From assembly GCA_951406725.2 (NCBI GenBank), contig OX597825.1:66712001-66776000 (forward strand): a DNA stretch of 64,000 nt. The letters run 5' to 3'. Under the pieces are notes generated by a model, which did not search any database, was not told the origin of the DNA, and saw nothing but the letters and a program-made list of their open reading frames with translations. This DNA is from Octopus vulgaris. Lineage: Eukaryota. This document shows, piece by piece, positions 1 to 13,456 of this stretch. The position numbers and the translations under genes were made by a program. How positions within the stretch are numbered: the first letter of the stretch is position 1; each line of letters starts with the position of its first letter.

Positions 1-1
1 G

Positions 2-166
2 GCAGAAATTCATGAGATAGTGCTCATGGGAACTGCTTATATCCTACGCAAAATACTGTCTTTGTAATCTCAAGTTTTAAAACAAACATAATTTTCGTAT
101 GTTTTTTTTTAGGCATTCACTAGTACAACACTAAGTACAAAACCAAATATATAGCACTCTAGGCAT
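2..166 (+). mobile_element. 3' end of an R4/Dong-type (RLE) non-LTR retrotransposon: ORF C-terminus plus partial 3' UTR
   Basis: 2..67 reads AEIHEIVLMGTAYILRKILSL*, matching the LQK..LLGTA.ILR.VL C-terminus typical of R4/Dong-clade ORFs. It runs into an (AAC)n tract. Confidence 0.7.
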
Positions 167-171
167 AACAA

Positions 172-204
<33 letters not shown>

Positions 205-383
205 TGTTGAAAAACTATCTTAGGAATGAGAATCCAGGTTCGAAATTTCCCCAAGACACCTGATGAAGGCTGGAGGGTATATCAACCGAAACGTTGTGTT
301 AGCAACAAAAAAGATGGGGGACAAATATCCGTCAAATGTAAATAATGTAAATAATATTCATTCTTCACTTTAGCTTTATTACT
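167..383 (+). mobile_element. 3' half of the hammerhead-bearing tRNA-SINE (family D)
   Basis: (AAC)n then TAGGAATGAGAA.CCAGGTTCGAAATTTCCCCAAGACACCTGATGAAGGCTGG..., homologous to the minus-strand copy at 29234-29551 including the 3' extension AATATTCATTCTTCACTTTAGCTTTATTACT. Confidence 0.8.
255..300 (+). ncRNA. Minimal type-I hammerhead ribozyme motif
   Basis: Stem I GACAC/GTGTT; core CTGATGA 260-266 plus extra A; stem II GGCTG/CAACC (CAGCC in the other copy); GAAACGTT with palindromic AACGTT as a minimal stem III. Confidence 0.6.
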
Positions 384-714
384 GTCTTCATTTTATTGTC
401 TTTTATCTTAAATCTTTCGTCGCACATACTGTGACCTCTTGAGCGACTCTCAATCCCACGTGTCTCCTGTGATAAGCCTTTCCTACATATAGCTCCTGGT
501 ATATTAATACACGCACACATTTTATAAACTTCGAGAGAATGTGAAATAATTCATCTATAGAATGGTGGATCTGGAAGCATATAACACCATAATTAACATC
601 GGTTACAAAACTATTTGGGTAGAGAAGACTAGGGCTGGCTGTTGAGCTCGAATCCACGCATCGTCTACACATGACATTAGACTAAACCAATTCATACCAG
701 AAATTTTATTCTTG

Positions 715-1166
715 TATGTATGTATGTATGTATGTATGTATGTATGTATGTATGTATGTATGTATGTATGTATGTATGTATGTATGTATGTATGTATGCA
801 TGCACGTATATATATATATATATATTTATGTATGTATGCACGTATATATATATGTATGTATTTATGTATGTATGTATGTATGTATGTATGTATGTATGTA
901 TGTATGTATGTATGTATGTATGTATGCACGTATATATATATGTATGTATTTATGTATGTATGTATGTATGTATGTATGTATGTATGTATGTATGTATGTA
1001 TGTATGTATGTATGTATGTATGTGTGTGTGTATGTATGTATGTACGTATGTATGTATGTATGTGTGTATGTATGGATGTATGTATGTGTGTATGTATGGA
1101 TGTGTGTATGTATGTATATATGTATGTATGTATGTACGTATGTATGTATGTGTGTATGCATGTATG

Positions 1167-1200
<34 letters not shown>

Positions 1201-1400
1201 TGTATATATGTATGTATGTATATATGTATGTATGTATGTGTGTATGTATGGATGTGTGTACGTATGTATATATGTATGTATGTATGCATGCATGCATGTA
1301 TGTATGTATGTATGGATGGATAGATATATGTATGTGTGTGTATGTATGTGTGTGTATGTATGTATGTATGTATGTATGTATGTATGTATGTATGTGTGTA
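715..1400. repeat. (TATG)n microsatellite, interrupted
   Basis: Direct reading; source of the MYVC/HTYI pseudo-ORFs. Confidence 0.98.
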
Positions 1401-2149
1401 TGCGTACATGGCCAACAGTCTGCAAGTATTTTGTCTGGATTTGGTACAGTCTTATTACATGTTAATACGTGGATAAGAACTTGTATTAATGAGTGTGAGC
1501 ATATGTGTGTATATTTGTGTGTGTGCGTGATTTGTATTTCTGCGTAAGCATGTGTATATATGTGTGTGTATGTTTATGCATGCATATGCACGTATGTATT
1601 CATTAAAAGTCAACAAATCAGACACCTCAGTTTATGATTCAAGGGAAATAATTTTTTCCTAACTATTATAGAATTACCTCCCTTAACATGATATTGCCGG
1701 TGTTTCAACAAATCATCTATGAAGACAAAAAGCTTCGAAAAGTTGTAGAGAAGTTGAAAAGTAATGAATAGTTGCCATTTCCTAGGATTATAAATTTCTT
1801 TTGTTGGAGCTCTTTATTCAACAACTAGTTTCTGGTAAAAGATTCTCCTGCAGCAAGCACATATTTGGCTTGGTTTTTCAGCATTCTGTTTGTTTGAATT
1901 GAGACTATTTTTATGAGATATTTGCTTGCAAATCCTGTCCATTTGATGACGATTATCATTTGGCACCTGAATATTCAGACTGAAAGCTGGCTCGTGTGCT
2001 GTGTTGACGAGTTAGACATGAATGACTTCCCTTGCGTCTGATTTGTCTCCCTTCAAAGAATTATTTCTGCAATTTAGGCACATAACAAGCATGATTTAAG
2101 AGTGGCGGGGCACTAGATAACATCTATTCCAGCGCTGAACTGGAAGCTG

Positions 2150-3000
2150 ACATACATACATACACACATACATACATGCATGCATACATACATACATACA
2201 TACATACATACATACATACATACATACATACATACATGCATGCATACATACATACATACATACATACATACATACATACATACATACATACATACATACA
2301 TACATACATACATACATACATGCATGCATGCATGCATACATACATGCATGCATACATACATACATACATACATACATACATACATACATACATACATACA
2401 TACATACATACATACATACATACATACATACATACATACATACATACATACATACATACATACATACATACATACATACATACATACATACATACATACA
2501 TACATACATACATACATGCATGCATACATACATACATACATACATACATACATACATACATACATACATACATACATACATACATGCATGCATGCATGCA
2601 TACATGCATACATACATACATACATACATACATACATGCATGCATACATACATACATACATACATACATACATACATACATACATACATACATACATACA
2701 TGCATACATACATACATACATGCATGCATGCATGCATACATGCATACATACATACATACATACATACATACATGCATGCATGCATGCATACATGCATACA
2801 TACATACATACATGCATACATACATACATACATGCATGCATACATACATACATACATACATACATACATACATGCATACATACATACATACATGCATGCA
2901 TACATACATACATACATACATACATACATACATACATACATACATACATACATACATACATACATACATACATACATACATACATACATACATACATACA

Positions 3001-3032
<32 letters not shown>

Positions 3033-3204
3033 CATACATACATACATACATACATACATACATACATACATGCATACATACATACATACATACATACATA
3101 CATACATACATACATACATACATACATACATACATACATACATACATACATACATACATACATACATACATACATACATGCATACATACATGCATACATA
3201 CATA
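2150..3204. repeat. (CATA)n microsatellite with CATG variants
   Basis: Direct reading; reverse complement of the 715-1400 motif. Confidence 0.98.
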
Positions 3205-3209
3205 CTGTA

Positions 3210-4491
3210 TTCCTTCGATAAAGAAGTAGAGAGGCGATTTCGTGATACAAGATTAAAAAAAAAAGACACTAAACTCCAAACCAGCTGAAACAACAACTCA
3301 CAGCTGCAGAGTAAACGCTAAACTATAATATTTAAAACATATAAACGGCAAATCTCTCTCTATATAAAGCTGAAGTTGTCTGTGCATGGCAGGTTTGGTA
3401 GCCTTTAACTAACACTATCTCCTCCGAGACCCTGCGGCGCAAGTTGACCAAAATTGAGAGTATGATAGAAGAAGGCTTGCAGTTCCTTCCGTAGAAGAAC
3501 AAATTCAAATCGGACCATGTTAACACCAAAAATTATTTACATCGAATAAGTTCTTTTATTCTATGAAAATTCATGTTTTACGATTTTCTGACTGCTGTAT
3601 CGCCATTTTTCGGTGTATTTCAACCAGAAAAATGTTCACTTAAAGCGAATAACAATTTTCTTTTCAAAATTTCCAATTCTAAAGGGTCGAAACAAACCCG
3701 AGCAACTCCGGGCGATACTGCTAGTGCTCAATAAATTATTTGCTAGGAATGAGAAGCCGGTTTATCGCAGCTTGAATGCGAAAGTCTTAATCTCTGTAAA
3801 AGACTCCCCAACCAAAAGATGGGGTTGAGAGCTACTGGAGAGCTACTACCAGCATGTCCAGCAAAGTAGGGCAACTATTGGAAATAGTCCTTCAGGAAAT
3901 GTTCTAACAGGATATCTCCCAGGTCCAGCCTCATAACAGATTACTGGCTGAAGAATTTTACGTTCTATCAGTGAGATCTCAAACAGTTGTATGGAGAAAG
4001 TATCAAGGGCACGCTAGAAATGCCCCAATAGTTATGAACTACAATTCTCCAAAATAGCCAACCGCCCTTGCTAAAAATTACAGCCCTGTAGCCTGCCAGA
4101 ACATCATGTACAATTCATATCTTGGCTGCTTGAATCGTCTGTTCTTGCATGATCATTGTACCACCAACATTATAAGACCTGAGCAAGCTGGAGGAAAGAA
4201 GGATGTGTAGGGATGTAAACAGATGCTATTAATTAACAAAATGATCCAGAAAAAACTTTAAAGCAATCACGGGAAGTTAACCATGTTGTGGTTGGACTGC
4301 TTGAGGGCTGTTGATAGTAAACTACATGGGTGGATTATCAAGGCTTTATAGTTAGCCAAAGTCCCCCAAAACCACTGGTGATCGCTATTGAACGCCCAGA
4401 CAAAGCTTGGTACACCATTTTGTTCCTTAGAAGTAATAACGAGCCAACTGGGTCCGATAGCATTCACTACCAAATAGGCATCTATCAGGGT
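3210..4491 (+). pseudogene. Decayed R4/Dong-type LINE reverse transcriptase region, interrupted by a Helitron at 3353-3724
   Basis: Stitched translation with stops and frameshifts: LKQQLTA..., NKLFARNEKPVYRSLN...VESYW, SP..LITDYWLKNFT, AKNYSPVACQNIMY, EQAGGKKDV*GCKQMLLINK, WLDCLRAVDSKLHGWII.AL.LAKVP, GIYQG. These correspond to the RT motifs NYRPI, EQ.G, D..KAFDSV.H and GI.QG. Confidence 0.85.
3353..3724 (+). mobile_element. Non-autonomous Helitron
   Basis: A|TCTCTCTCTATATAAAG 5' end, subterminal hairpin CCCG-AGCAACTC-CGGG, CTAG|T 3' end, and no TSD. Confidence 0.8.
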
Positions 4492-5001
4492 ATTATACAA
4501 CAGGATGCATACCAACCCACCCGAAACAAAGTATGGTTGAACTTGGGTTCTTGGGGAAAGAATGCAAAGCCTTAATTCAAACGCTGCAAATGATCAAGAT
4601 GTCTATAATCATCTGTAAAATTTTCTTAAGATTTAAAGGATGATGGTTAAAACAAGATGTCTTCCTTTAGACCTTAGCTACCAAATAGGTGGCCGGACTA
4701 AAGAGAAAGAGAACATACACACTAACTTACGTACCCTTATATCTCCCATTTTCCTCCTTACTTACCTGCATATATACCGATATTACATGCATACGTACAC
4801 ACATACACCAACGTTAGTGTGTCGTCTACGGTTAGGGCAGAGATTATCTATGGTTAATTAATGAAACGATTACAGTTCTTATCCATATAATCCGACGAGA
4901 ATTTTATTTGTACGTATTTTCATACGCTTGTTTGCTGAGTATGAATAATAGTTTCGTGAATTCCATTCCATTTCCTTACTCTTTCCCTCATGATCTATAT
5001 A

Positions 5002-5071
<70 letters not shown>

Positions 5072-5094
5072 TACATACATACATACATATATGT

Positions 5095-5125
<31 letters not shown>

Positions 5126-5210
5126 TAATATATGCATATATATTATAATACATACATATATAATGACACATACAATGTATGTATGTATGCACGCATGCAT
5201 TTATGTATAT

Positions 5211-5276
<66 letters not shown>

Positions 5277-5451
5277 AAAAAATGAAGTTCGAAAATGCTG
5301 CTGTATTATACAATTTTTAATTTTTATATATACATTATAACATGTTTCAGTTCCTATATATATGAGAACATAATCTTTTGTGGAGAATGGCGATTTGACG
5401 TCTATGTCTAGCATGTTGACTGTCCACTTTTCGTGTTCAGTCCTTAATTGG

Positions 5452-5477
<26 letters not shown>

Positions 5478-5484
<7 letters not shown>

Positions 5485-5703
5485 ATGTTACAATTATTCA
5501 GTAGTCAATATGAACTTTTAATCTTAACTTATATAAGTAGCAGAATTATAACACAGTAATTTCCCTTTATATAACAGTATTCTTTCATAGCGTTTTTCAG
5601 ATGGCCAGATAACCGAAGAGATGGTGTTGTGGTTTTCCACTTCGGCATCTGAAACTCAGAGTTTTATCTTGACTATTGAATAATTGTAACATATTATTTT
5701 ATA
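5478..5703 (+). mobile_element. Short PLE-like fold-back element: inverted arm 5478-5516, direct arm 5660-5703
   Basis: TAAAATAATGTTACAATTATTCAGTAGTCAA is the reverse complement of TTGACTATTGAATAATTGTAACATATTATTTTA. It abuts (TA)n and contains an HHR. Confidence 0.6.
5607..5669 (+). ncRNA. Type-I hammerhead ribozyme motif (U4C core variant)
   Basis: Stem I AGATAA/TTATCT; core CCGAAGA; stem II GATG.../...CATC(T); GAAA; stem III ACT-CAG-AGT; cleavage triplet GTT. Confidence 0.6.
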
Positions 5704-5766
5704 GATAAATTTCCTCTATTTACATAATATTGAGGTCTCTTTCTTTTGTTATCTTAACGTTTTTAC

Positions 5767-5843
<77 letters not shown>

Positions 5844-6138
5844 GTATATATGCATGTGTGTATGTATGCATATATATATATATATAGATATGTAAAAATA
5901 TATAGATATACACACATGCACATACACACACATACGTGTATAGACATAAGCATACATATAACATATACGCTTGTATATACAAACACATGTAGAATCATAT
6001 ACACATATTACATACAGACACGTACACGCACACACACACACACTATATATATATATATGGAAATTCATATCTATATATATATATATCTATTTTTCTATAT
6101 ATATGTTTACGTATGTATGTATTTGTGTGTATCGATGT

Positions 6139-6201
<63 letters not shown>

Positions 6202-6856
6202 CTCGTCACACGCACACAACTCAATAAAATATCACGTTTTATCTTGATTCGTTGTAGAAAATCGACCGTAAATAAATAAGGCATGAAGAGTTGCCTCCCA
6301 TGAATCAATTTCCTTATTTGTTGGCCTTGCTTCTGTTGGTAAAGTGATATTTTTAAACAAATAAAATAAAATATATAATCACTTCGGTTTTACTCTTTAC
6401 TTTTAACCTTTTTTCCTATGCTTTTTTTCTTTATAATTTTTTCTTCTGTCAATAACATTTGAATAGGACTTCTTTTATGAAGCGGTCTTGGTGGTATGTG
6501 CCATATCAATAAGTGCTCTGTTGGTGTAGTTATACAAATTATTAAGTCTTTTTGAATAAATCAAGATATTTGTTGGTTTTCGATTGAGATATAATCAAAC
6601 ACGTTCTAACCAAAACGTTCAGCTTTGGAGTATATAAAGATGTATGTTTTCTAAAGATTCTCATCTTTTAAGACTATATAGTAAAGAATATGAAAGAAGC
6701 TAGGTCACTATTTCTTGCAAGGATCTATTTATCAGTTAAACAGAATTCAAAGTGAACCAGTTCACCTAAAACAAACCTATAGAAGAAATCGATCTTGCCA
6801 AAATTTTTGCCATGGAGTATCGACAAGTTTATGATATCCCATGTGAACGGTATTTA

Positions 6857-6996
6857 TATTATTTACATTATTTACATTTGACGGATATTTGCGCTCGTCT
6901 CGTTTGTTGTTAACACAATGTTTCTGGCATATGGCGTAGTGGTTAAGAGCGCTGGTTACTAACCTCTAAGATTCCGAGTTCGATTCCAGGCAGTGA

Positions 6997-7075
<79 letters not shown>

Positions 7076-7094
7076 TATAATAATAATAATAATG

Positions 7095-7161
<67 letters not shown>
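6857..7161 (+). mobile_element. Family D SINE head (tRNA-like, A/B boxes) plus (AAT)n, preceded by an inverted copy of its own 3' tail (6857-6924)
   Basis: A box TGGCGTAGTGG, B box GAGTTCGATTCC, then CAGTGACCTG(AAT)n. The upstream segment is the reverse complement of GAAAC.TTGTGTTAACAACAAAC...AATGTAAATAAT. Confidence 0.75.
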
Positions 7162-7162
<1 letters not shown>

Positions 7163-7188
7163 TGTACAATAGGAATACTAAATACAAA

Positions 7189-7727
7189 ATGGCTGACCGT
7201 TAGTAAGGAGAGACACACAAATAAGAAAGAAGAAAGCAAAGGACCACTGATGAGGTCACGGAGTGTGACGAAGTAACACCAAATATATAGTGCGTGTGTT
7301 TTTATTGGCTAAACTGGCAAAATGACCATTCCTAAATACAACAATATATGTTTCAACTCAAGATTTCACATCAAAAATCTTGCAAAACAAATATATAAAC
7401 GTATATATTTGGCAGCCAAAACTCATTCAAATCATACAACCGATCGCATCGAATAATTTACTCATATGTACAACCTGGCTGCGAAAATTTAATATAGGGC
7501 ATGATGATCATGGCTGACCGTTAGTAAGGAGAGACACACAAATAAGAAAGAAGAAAGCAAAGGACCAATAATGAGGTCAAATGGGTGTGACGAAAGAACT
7601 CTGACCGAAATAAGATTTAGATTAATGTAAAAAGTAAAAAACGCTGAAGCAAAGTAACACCAAATATATAGTGCGTGTGTTTTTATTGGCTTAACTGGCA
7701 AAATGACCATTCCTAAATGCAACAATA
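7189..7727 (+). repeat. Tandem direct repeat (321-bp period), each unit holding a partial hammerhead motif
   Basis: Units start at 7189 and 7510 (ATGGCTGACCGTTAGTAAGG). Unit 1 has CTGATGA-GGTCA then a deletion; unit 2 has a mutated core plus GGTCA...TGACC-GAAA. An inverted tail fragment lies at 40161-40205. Confidence 0.75.
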
Positions 7728-7768
7728 CACACACACACATATATATATAATGTATATATATATATATA

Positions 7769-7831
<63 letters not shown>

Positions 7832-7832
<1 letters not shown>

Positions 7833-8060
7833 CAAATGGAACAAGAACGCAGCAAAACATCCAGACAGTTAGGTGAAACAAGCAAGGGACAACAAAATAT
7901 CCAGACAGACGATACAAGGAAAACAAGGACGGATCATTCGGAGTTTTCTATCCTCAGTCGATTTCAGCTGGTTATACTCGAGATTAATCCAATCTGGCCA
8001 GCCCCAAGGGAAAACTAATCTAGGAGCTTTAGATTCCTTGGAAGAAAGCATCGAATGTAT
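7832..8060. repeat. Interspersed repeat, copy 1 (copy 2 at 9113-9362)
   Basis: Shared ACAAGAACGCA..ACATCCAG..GGATCATTCGGAGTTTTCTATCCTCAGTCG; both copies follow TA-rich tracts. Confidence 0.75.
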
Positions 8061-8533
8061 GCAAAAACAAGGACAGAAAAAATAACAGAGAAATGTTACA
8101 CAAATACGAATACAATGAACAGGACATAACAACGGGTGTCTTTCAACCAAGGACGAATTAAATTAAGCTGGCGTTTTTGGAAGTAAAGCCTTATGGCAGA
8201 GACATAGGTTTTAACATGCACAGTAGGGAATATAGATGCTGCATGGATGGTAGTCGAACCAAGAAAGAAAGGTCAGGCGTGGCCGAACACCGGTCACGTG
8301 GAGAGAGAAGAGAGTGAGGTAGAGGCAGAGGGATAGAAGAATTAAGGAGGGGCGAGAAAAAATGAAAGAGACACAGTGAAGTGAAAGAGGGAAAGTGAGC
8401 ATGAAGAGAAGACCAGGAAATGTGAGAGATGGGGAACGAAAGAACGAAGAGTAGAATGAACGAAGCGTGAAAGGATTGATAGAAAGAAGGAAAGAATAAA
8501 AGGATACAAAGAATAATAGAGTCGTACAAAATT

Positions 8534-9065
<532 letters not shown>

Positions 9066-9112
9066 AGAGACCAAAGTGTACATACGCCGCTATATTTTAT
9101 ATATAAAAAATA

Positions 9113-9362
9113 CAAAAATGGGACAAGAACGCAAAACATCCAGTTAGGTGAAACAAACAAGGGACAACAAAATATCCAGACAGAGACGATACAAGGAAAA
9201 AAAAGACGGATCATTCGGAGTTTTCTATCCTCAGTCGAGTTCCATATTATCTTGGCAATTTCGGCTGGTTATACTCGGGATTGCTCCAATCTGGCCAGTT
9301 CCAACGAAAAAAATAAGTTAAGAGCATTAGATTTCTTGGGAGAAGGCAGCGAATGTATACGA
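9113..9362. repeat. Interspersed repeat, copy 2 of 7832-8060
   Basis: Sequence identity to copy 1; retains a segment deleted in copy 1. Confidence 0.75.
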
Positions 9363-9476
9363 ATCGGAGCAATCTTGAGTATCGGCCATTTTTCTTTCTT
9401 TCTTTCTTTCTATTGTAGATGGAACAAGGAAGACGTGTTCTTGTTTGTCTGTTTCCTAGCTTGATTCACACGTGAC

Positions 9477-9518
9477 TGTGGGTGGATTTGGTAGACGGAA
9501 ACTGAATGAATCCCGTCG

Positions 9519-9550
<32 letters not shown>

Positions 9551-9780
9551 TGTGTGTATGTGTGTGTACGCACACGTGTATTTGAGTGTATGTGTTTGTC
9601 TCCCATCCATCACTTGACAACAGACGTTGGTGTGTTTACGTTACCGTAACCTAGCGGTTCGGCATTTGAGACCAATAGAATAAGTACTAGACTTACGAAC
9701 AATAAGTTCTGGGTCAATTTGGTTGACTAAAGGCGGTGCCCCAGCACGCCGCAGTCAAATGACTGAAGCAAGTAAAAGAA
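9477..9780 (+). mobile_element. Family A SINE, 5'-truncated
   Basis: GTGGATTTGGTAGACGGAAACTGAA...GGCGGTGC...CAAATGACTGAA.CAAGTAAAAG. Confidence 0.8.
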
Positions 9781-10274
9781 TATATAATATACATATATAC
9801 ACAAACACTCTTATAATTCAATTGTGATGTCAAGTAGTTTTTGGCGTGATAATATTTTAGTCCTTCGCTTGTCGCCACTATTCAAAATAAAAACATAAAA
9901 TATCTGAACTAAGAGAAATAAAAAGAGAAATAGAAGTATTAAGAAATACAATATTTGGAAGGGAAAAATAGAAAGCCACCTGAAAAATCAAATACGTTGA
10001 AAATTATGTAATAGTCTTAGCTGTTATTTTAAAACGAACGAAAAAAAATTCTTGTCAGTTCGATAAAGTGATATGGTTGTACGGACGCGTTGACACTGAC
10101 AATAATTTAGTGATGAATAATTTACAGGGTTGGCCAAAAGTTGCAAAATAAATTTGATAACATACACTTCAGAATTGTGAAAGACATGCTTAAATTTTTG
10201 TAAACTTGAATGATAAAAATAAAGTAATGATGAACACACAAGTACTTGTACATGATGAATAAAATTAATAATTA

Positions 10275-10822
10275 CTAGCAGTATAACCCGGCTTTGCCCG
10301 GGATTAAATTAGGATTATTAAGCTAATGAAGTTCTTTATTTCGAACCAAAGTAACATCGACGTGAAATTTGGGCGAAACCCATTGAAATTGGTTTATATA
10401 TATATATATATATATATATGGGCAACACACACACACGTACGTACACCTATTGCATACATGTTTTTTGTACGCATACATGTTCGTGTCTCTGTGTTGCCCG
10501 TATATCAACAAAAACCTTTTTTCCTCGATGAAAAAAAAAACGAAAGTTTCAGCAAAAACTGACTCGTTGCTAGAAGGGGACTTAACTCATGTTTGCAAAC
10601 AATAGTGGTTTCTCCGACTTGAAAATTGTTAAAAGTTTTGGTTGAAAATTTATTTTTACTGCTATTCGCTGGTGCCTCTGGGAAAAAATAAGTTGATGAA
10701 AATACAACTAGGATCATAACGAATATCCTCCTAAAATTGGAGCAATATGCGTGCTAATTTGTGGACGTGCATAAATTACATTCACGTACACACACACACA
10801 TCCTGCCTTTTATATTTACAGA
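10275..10822 (-). mobile_element. Non-autonomous Helitron (same family as 45880-46426)
   Basis: Minus strand: A|TC 5' end, hairpin CCCGGGCAAAGCCGGG, CTAG|T 3' end; long homology to 45880-46426. Confidence 0.8.
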
Positions 10823-10942
10823 TAATACTAATAATATTAACGTAATAGTAATAATATTAAAGTAAAATAAGACCATCATTATTGTCTCTTTTATATTAGT
10901 TCTGGCTTTTCTGCTTTAATATATAAGTAAATATATATATGT

Positions 10943-12043
10943 GGTTTGATCAATAAGTATCGGGACTGTTGCCATAGTAACGAAGCAGAGTGAAACCGTT
11001 TGGCAAAGATTGATCTTGAACGCTGCTGTGCATGTGCACTAAGTTTTAGCGTTGTACATCACTTTTGCTATTTACAATAGTGCGTGTCGCGTGTGATCAT
11101 GATTGAGAAAACTGAGCAGAGAAGCTGCATCAAAATTTGTCAAAAGCTTGGTGTTACCTGCTCAGAGGCCAACACAAAGTTTTCAAAAAGTCTTCATCGT
11201 TCTCGACACAATCCAGAAAATTTTGAGCAACTGAAACCTGAGTGCCTTTTTGGTCAACAGAAAGCAGTTTTGGCACAAACTTGACAGACACGCGTCTCGT
11301 ACCCAAATCTTCAGTGATAACGGACTGAACTGAACCGCAACTAATCTGAACTCATGGATGGTAACTCATGGATGGTGATTCGAAGATTCCCCTCACAGCT
11401 GCACGCACCTCTGTGATGTTTTTCTCAGTTCTGCTGGTTGCGGACCTCCAAGAACGTTCGTCAATATCGACATTTTTTCGGTCATCTTGGAAACGTCTAA
11501 AACACTGGTACACTTGTGTGCGGCTCATACACTTTCTGTAACTTTGCGTAGGCCTCTAAGCAGGTATCGCCATGACAACTTTCTCTATCATGGTCAATGC
11601 AACAATCATACGCTACACACGTTCCTTCCAAGCACTGCTATAAACAGGAGAAATGAGCTAGAACGTTAAAAGGGGCCAGTGCAGTTTCGCACCTCTTCTT
11701 GAAAAATGCATTTTTTTGAAAAATCTTTTCGGATTCCTACGTTTTAGATGTCGGCGATTACGAATATGGAAAAATAATTTTTTATGTCACCCCCACCTCC
11801 CCAATTTAAATTTTTGATTTTGTTTGCTTTAAAGTTTAATAAGGGGCTCAAATTTCACCTCTTCCCCAAATTTAAAATTTTGATTTTTTTCATCCATTTA
11901 TTTATTTGTCTGACTATCTATTTATCCCTGTCCGTTTATTTATAAAATATATTTGTCAACTAAATGTAGCGGTCCTATAGAAGACGGTATTACTGTTGTT
12001 TTTAGCCCCAGGAAGACATTCATATCAATCAATCAATCAATCA

Positions 12044-12126
<83 letters not shown>

Positions 12127-12127
12127 C

Positions 12128-12213
<86 letters not shown>

Positions 12214-12555
12214 ATGCTTATTGAATTTAAAATTTTGAAAACGTGGTTTCTTGCATATTGGGAATCTAAGTCATCTAAATCATAGGGAAAAAAGTTTTCG
12301 AAAAAGTTCAAATTTTAAGAGGGTATGGAGTGGTGGGGGTATTGGGTAAATTTTTTTTTTTACGTATTCGTAGTCTCCGATATCTAAAACGTAGGGATCC
12401 GCAAAAATTTTTTTTTAAATGTATTTTTTTAAGGAGAGTTGCAAAACTGCATTAGCCCCCGTGAAAGCTTAGTGCACATGCGCAGCAGAGCTCAAGATCA
12501 ATCTGAATCAAGCGGTTTCACTCTACGTGCTTTAGCTTCGTTACTATGGCAATAG
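10943..12555. mobile_element. Mariner-derived fold-back element made of two inverted 5' halves, interrupted by a MITE
   Basis: Plus 11099-11185 reads MIEKTEQRSCIKICQKLG. Minus 11190-11595 reads MSRTQVYQCFRRFQDDRKNVDIDERS...RITIHEL...ISCGSVQSVITEDLGTRRVSVKFVPKLL. 12463-12555 is the reverse complement of 10966-11047. Confidence 0.8.
11672..12460. mobile_element. MITE with ~110-bp imperfect TIRs and an internal (TCTA)n
   Basis: GGGGCCAGTGCAGTTTCGCA... / ...TGCAAAACTGCATTAGCCCC and CCTACGTTTTAGAT / ATCTAAAACGTAGG. It splits the mariner arm; the TSD is unclear. Confidence 0.75.
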
Positions 12556-12648
12556 CTTAACTGACCGAAACATCGAACACACAGTTAACAACATTCCAGT
12601 ATAAGAAAAATACATACATAATACATACACACACACAGACATACACAC

Positions 12649-12696
<48 letters not shown>

Positions 12697-13002
12697 GAAC
12701 TCTCTAAGTGTAAGTTAGACTCAGATTCAGTTTTAGTAAATAATATGTTTTTTTTTGTTTCGGTCTGTTAAACGTTACTTCGGAGATAAAACAATCTTTT
12801 AATATTTACATTAACAATATATTATCCACAGTTTGATCTCTGATGAAAATGTATTTCAGATGTAAATATTAAACGACTATTTCATCTCCGAGAAGAGATT
12901 AATAGTCCGAAAAATTGTAATCTTATATAATATTTCTATATTCTGCATTAGTAATCTCTACGTTTTCTTTTGAATTATTTATTCGGCGAATATTTATTTA
13001 TA

Positions 13003-13062
<60 letters not shown>

Positions 13063-13229
13063 TATACATATATAATATATATATGTGTGTGTTTGCATGT
13101 GTATGTATATATGTACATATATATATATATATATACATATGCATAAGTTTGTATGTATTTATGTATATATGTATGTATACATGAAAGAAGTCTCTGGTTA
13201 CTTGTTCTGACGAACAAATGCCCTCTGGG

Positions 13230-13315
<86 letters not shown>

Positions 13316-13410
13316 GTGTGTATGCATACACACAAAATTATATATATATGTATGTATGTATGCATGTATGTATGTATGTATGTATGTATGTATGTATGTA
13401 TGTATGTATG

Positions 13411-13456
<46 letters not shown>

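Noticed and set aside
403-672. 89-aa minus-strand ORF with LIY...YVGK
   Set aside because: The spacing is too short for a GIY-YIG domain and no other motif is recognisable; it needs BLASTX.
1790-2100. Possible inverted N-terminal piece of the R4-type element
   Set aside because: Only a vague peptide resemblance with many stops.
6925-7000. tRNA gene
   Set aside because: A/B boxes are present but there is no proper acceptor stem, and it is the head of a repeat. The same applies to the other SINE heads.
12755-12920. Degenerate palindrome with a possible HHR
   Set aside because: An inverted similarity is visible, but the core and stems cannot be reconstructed.
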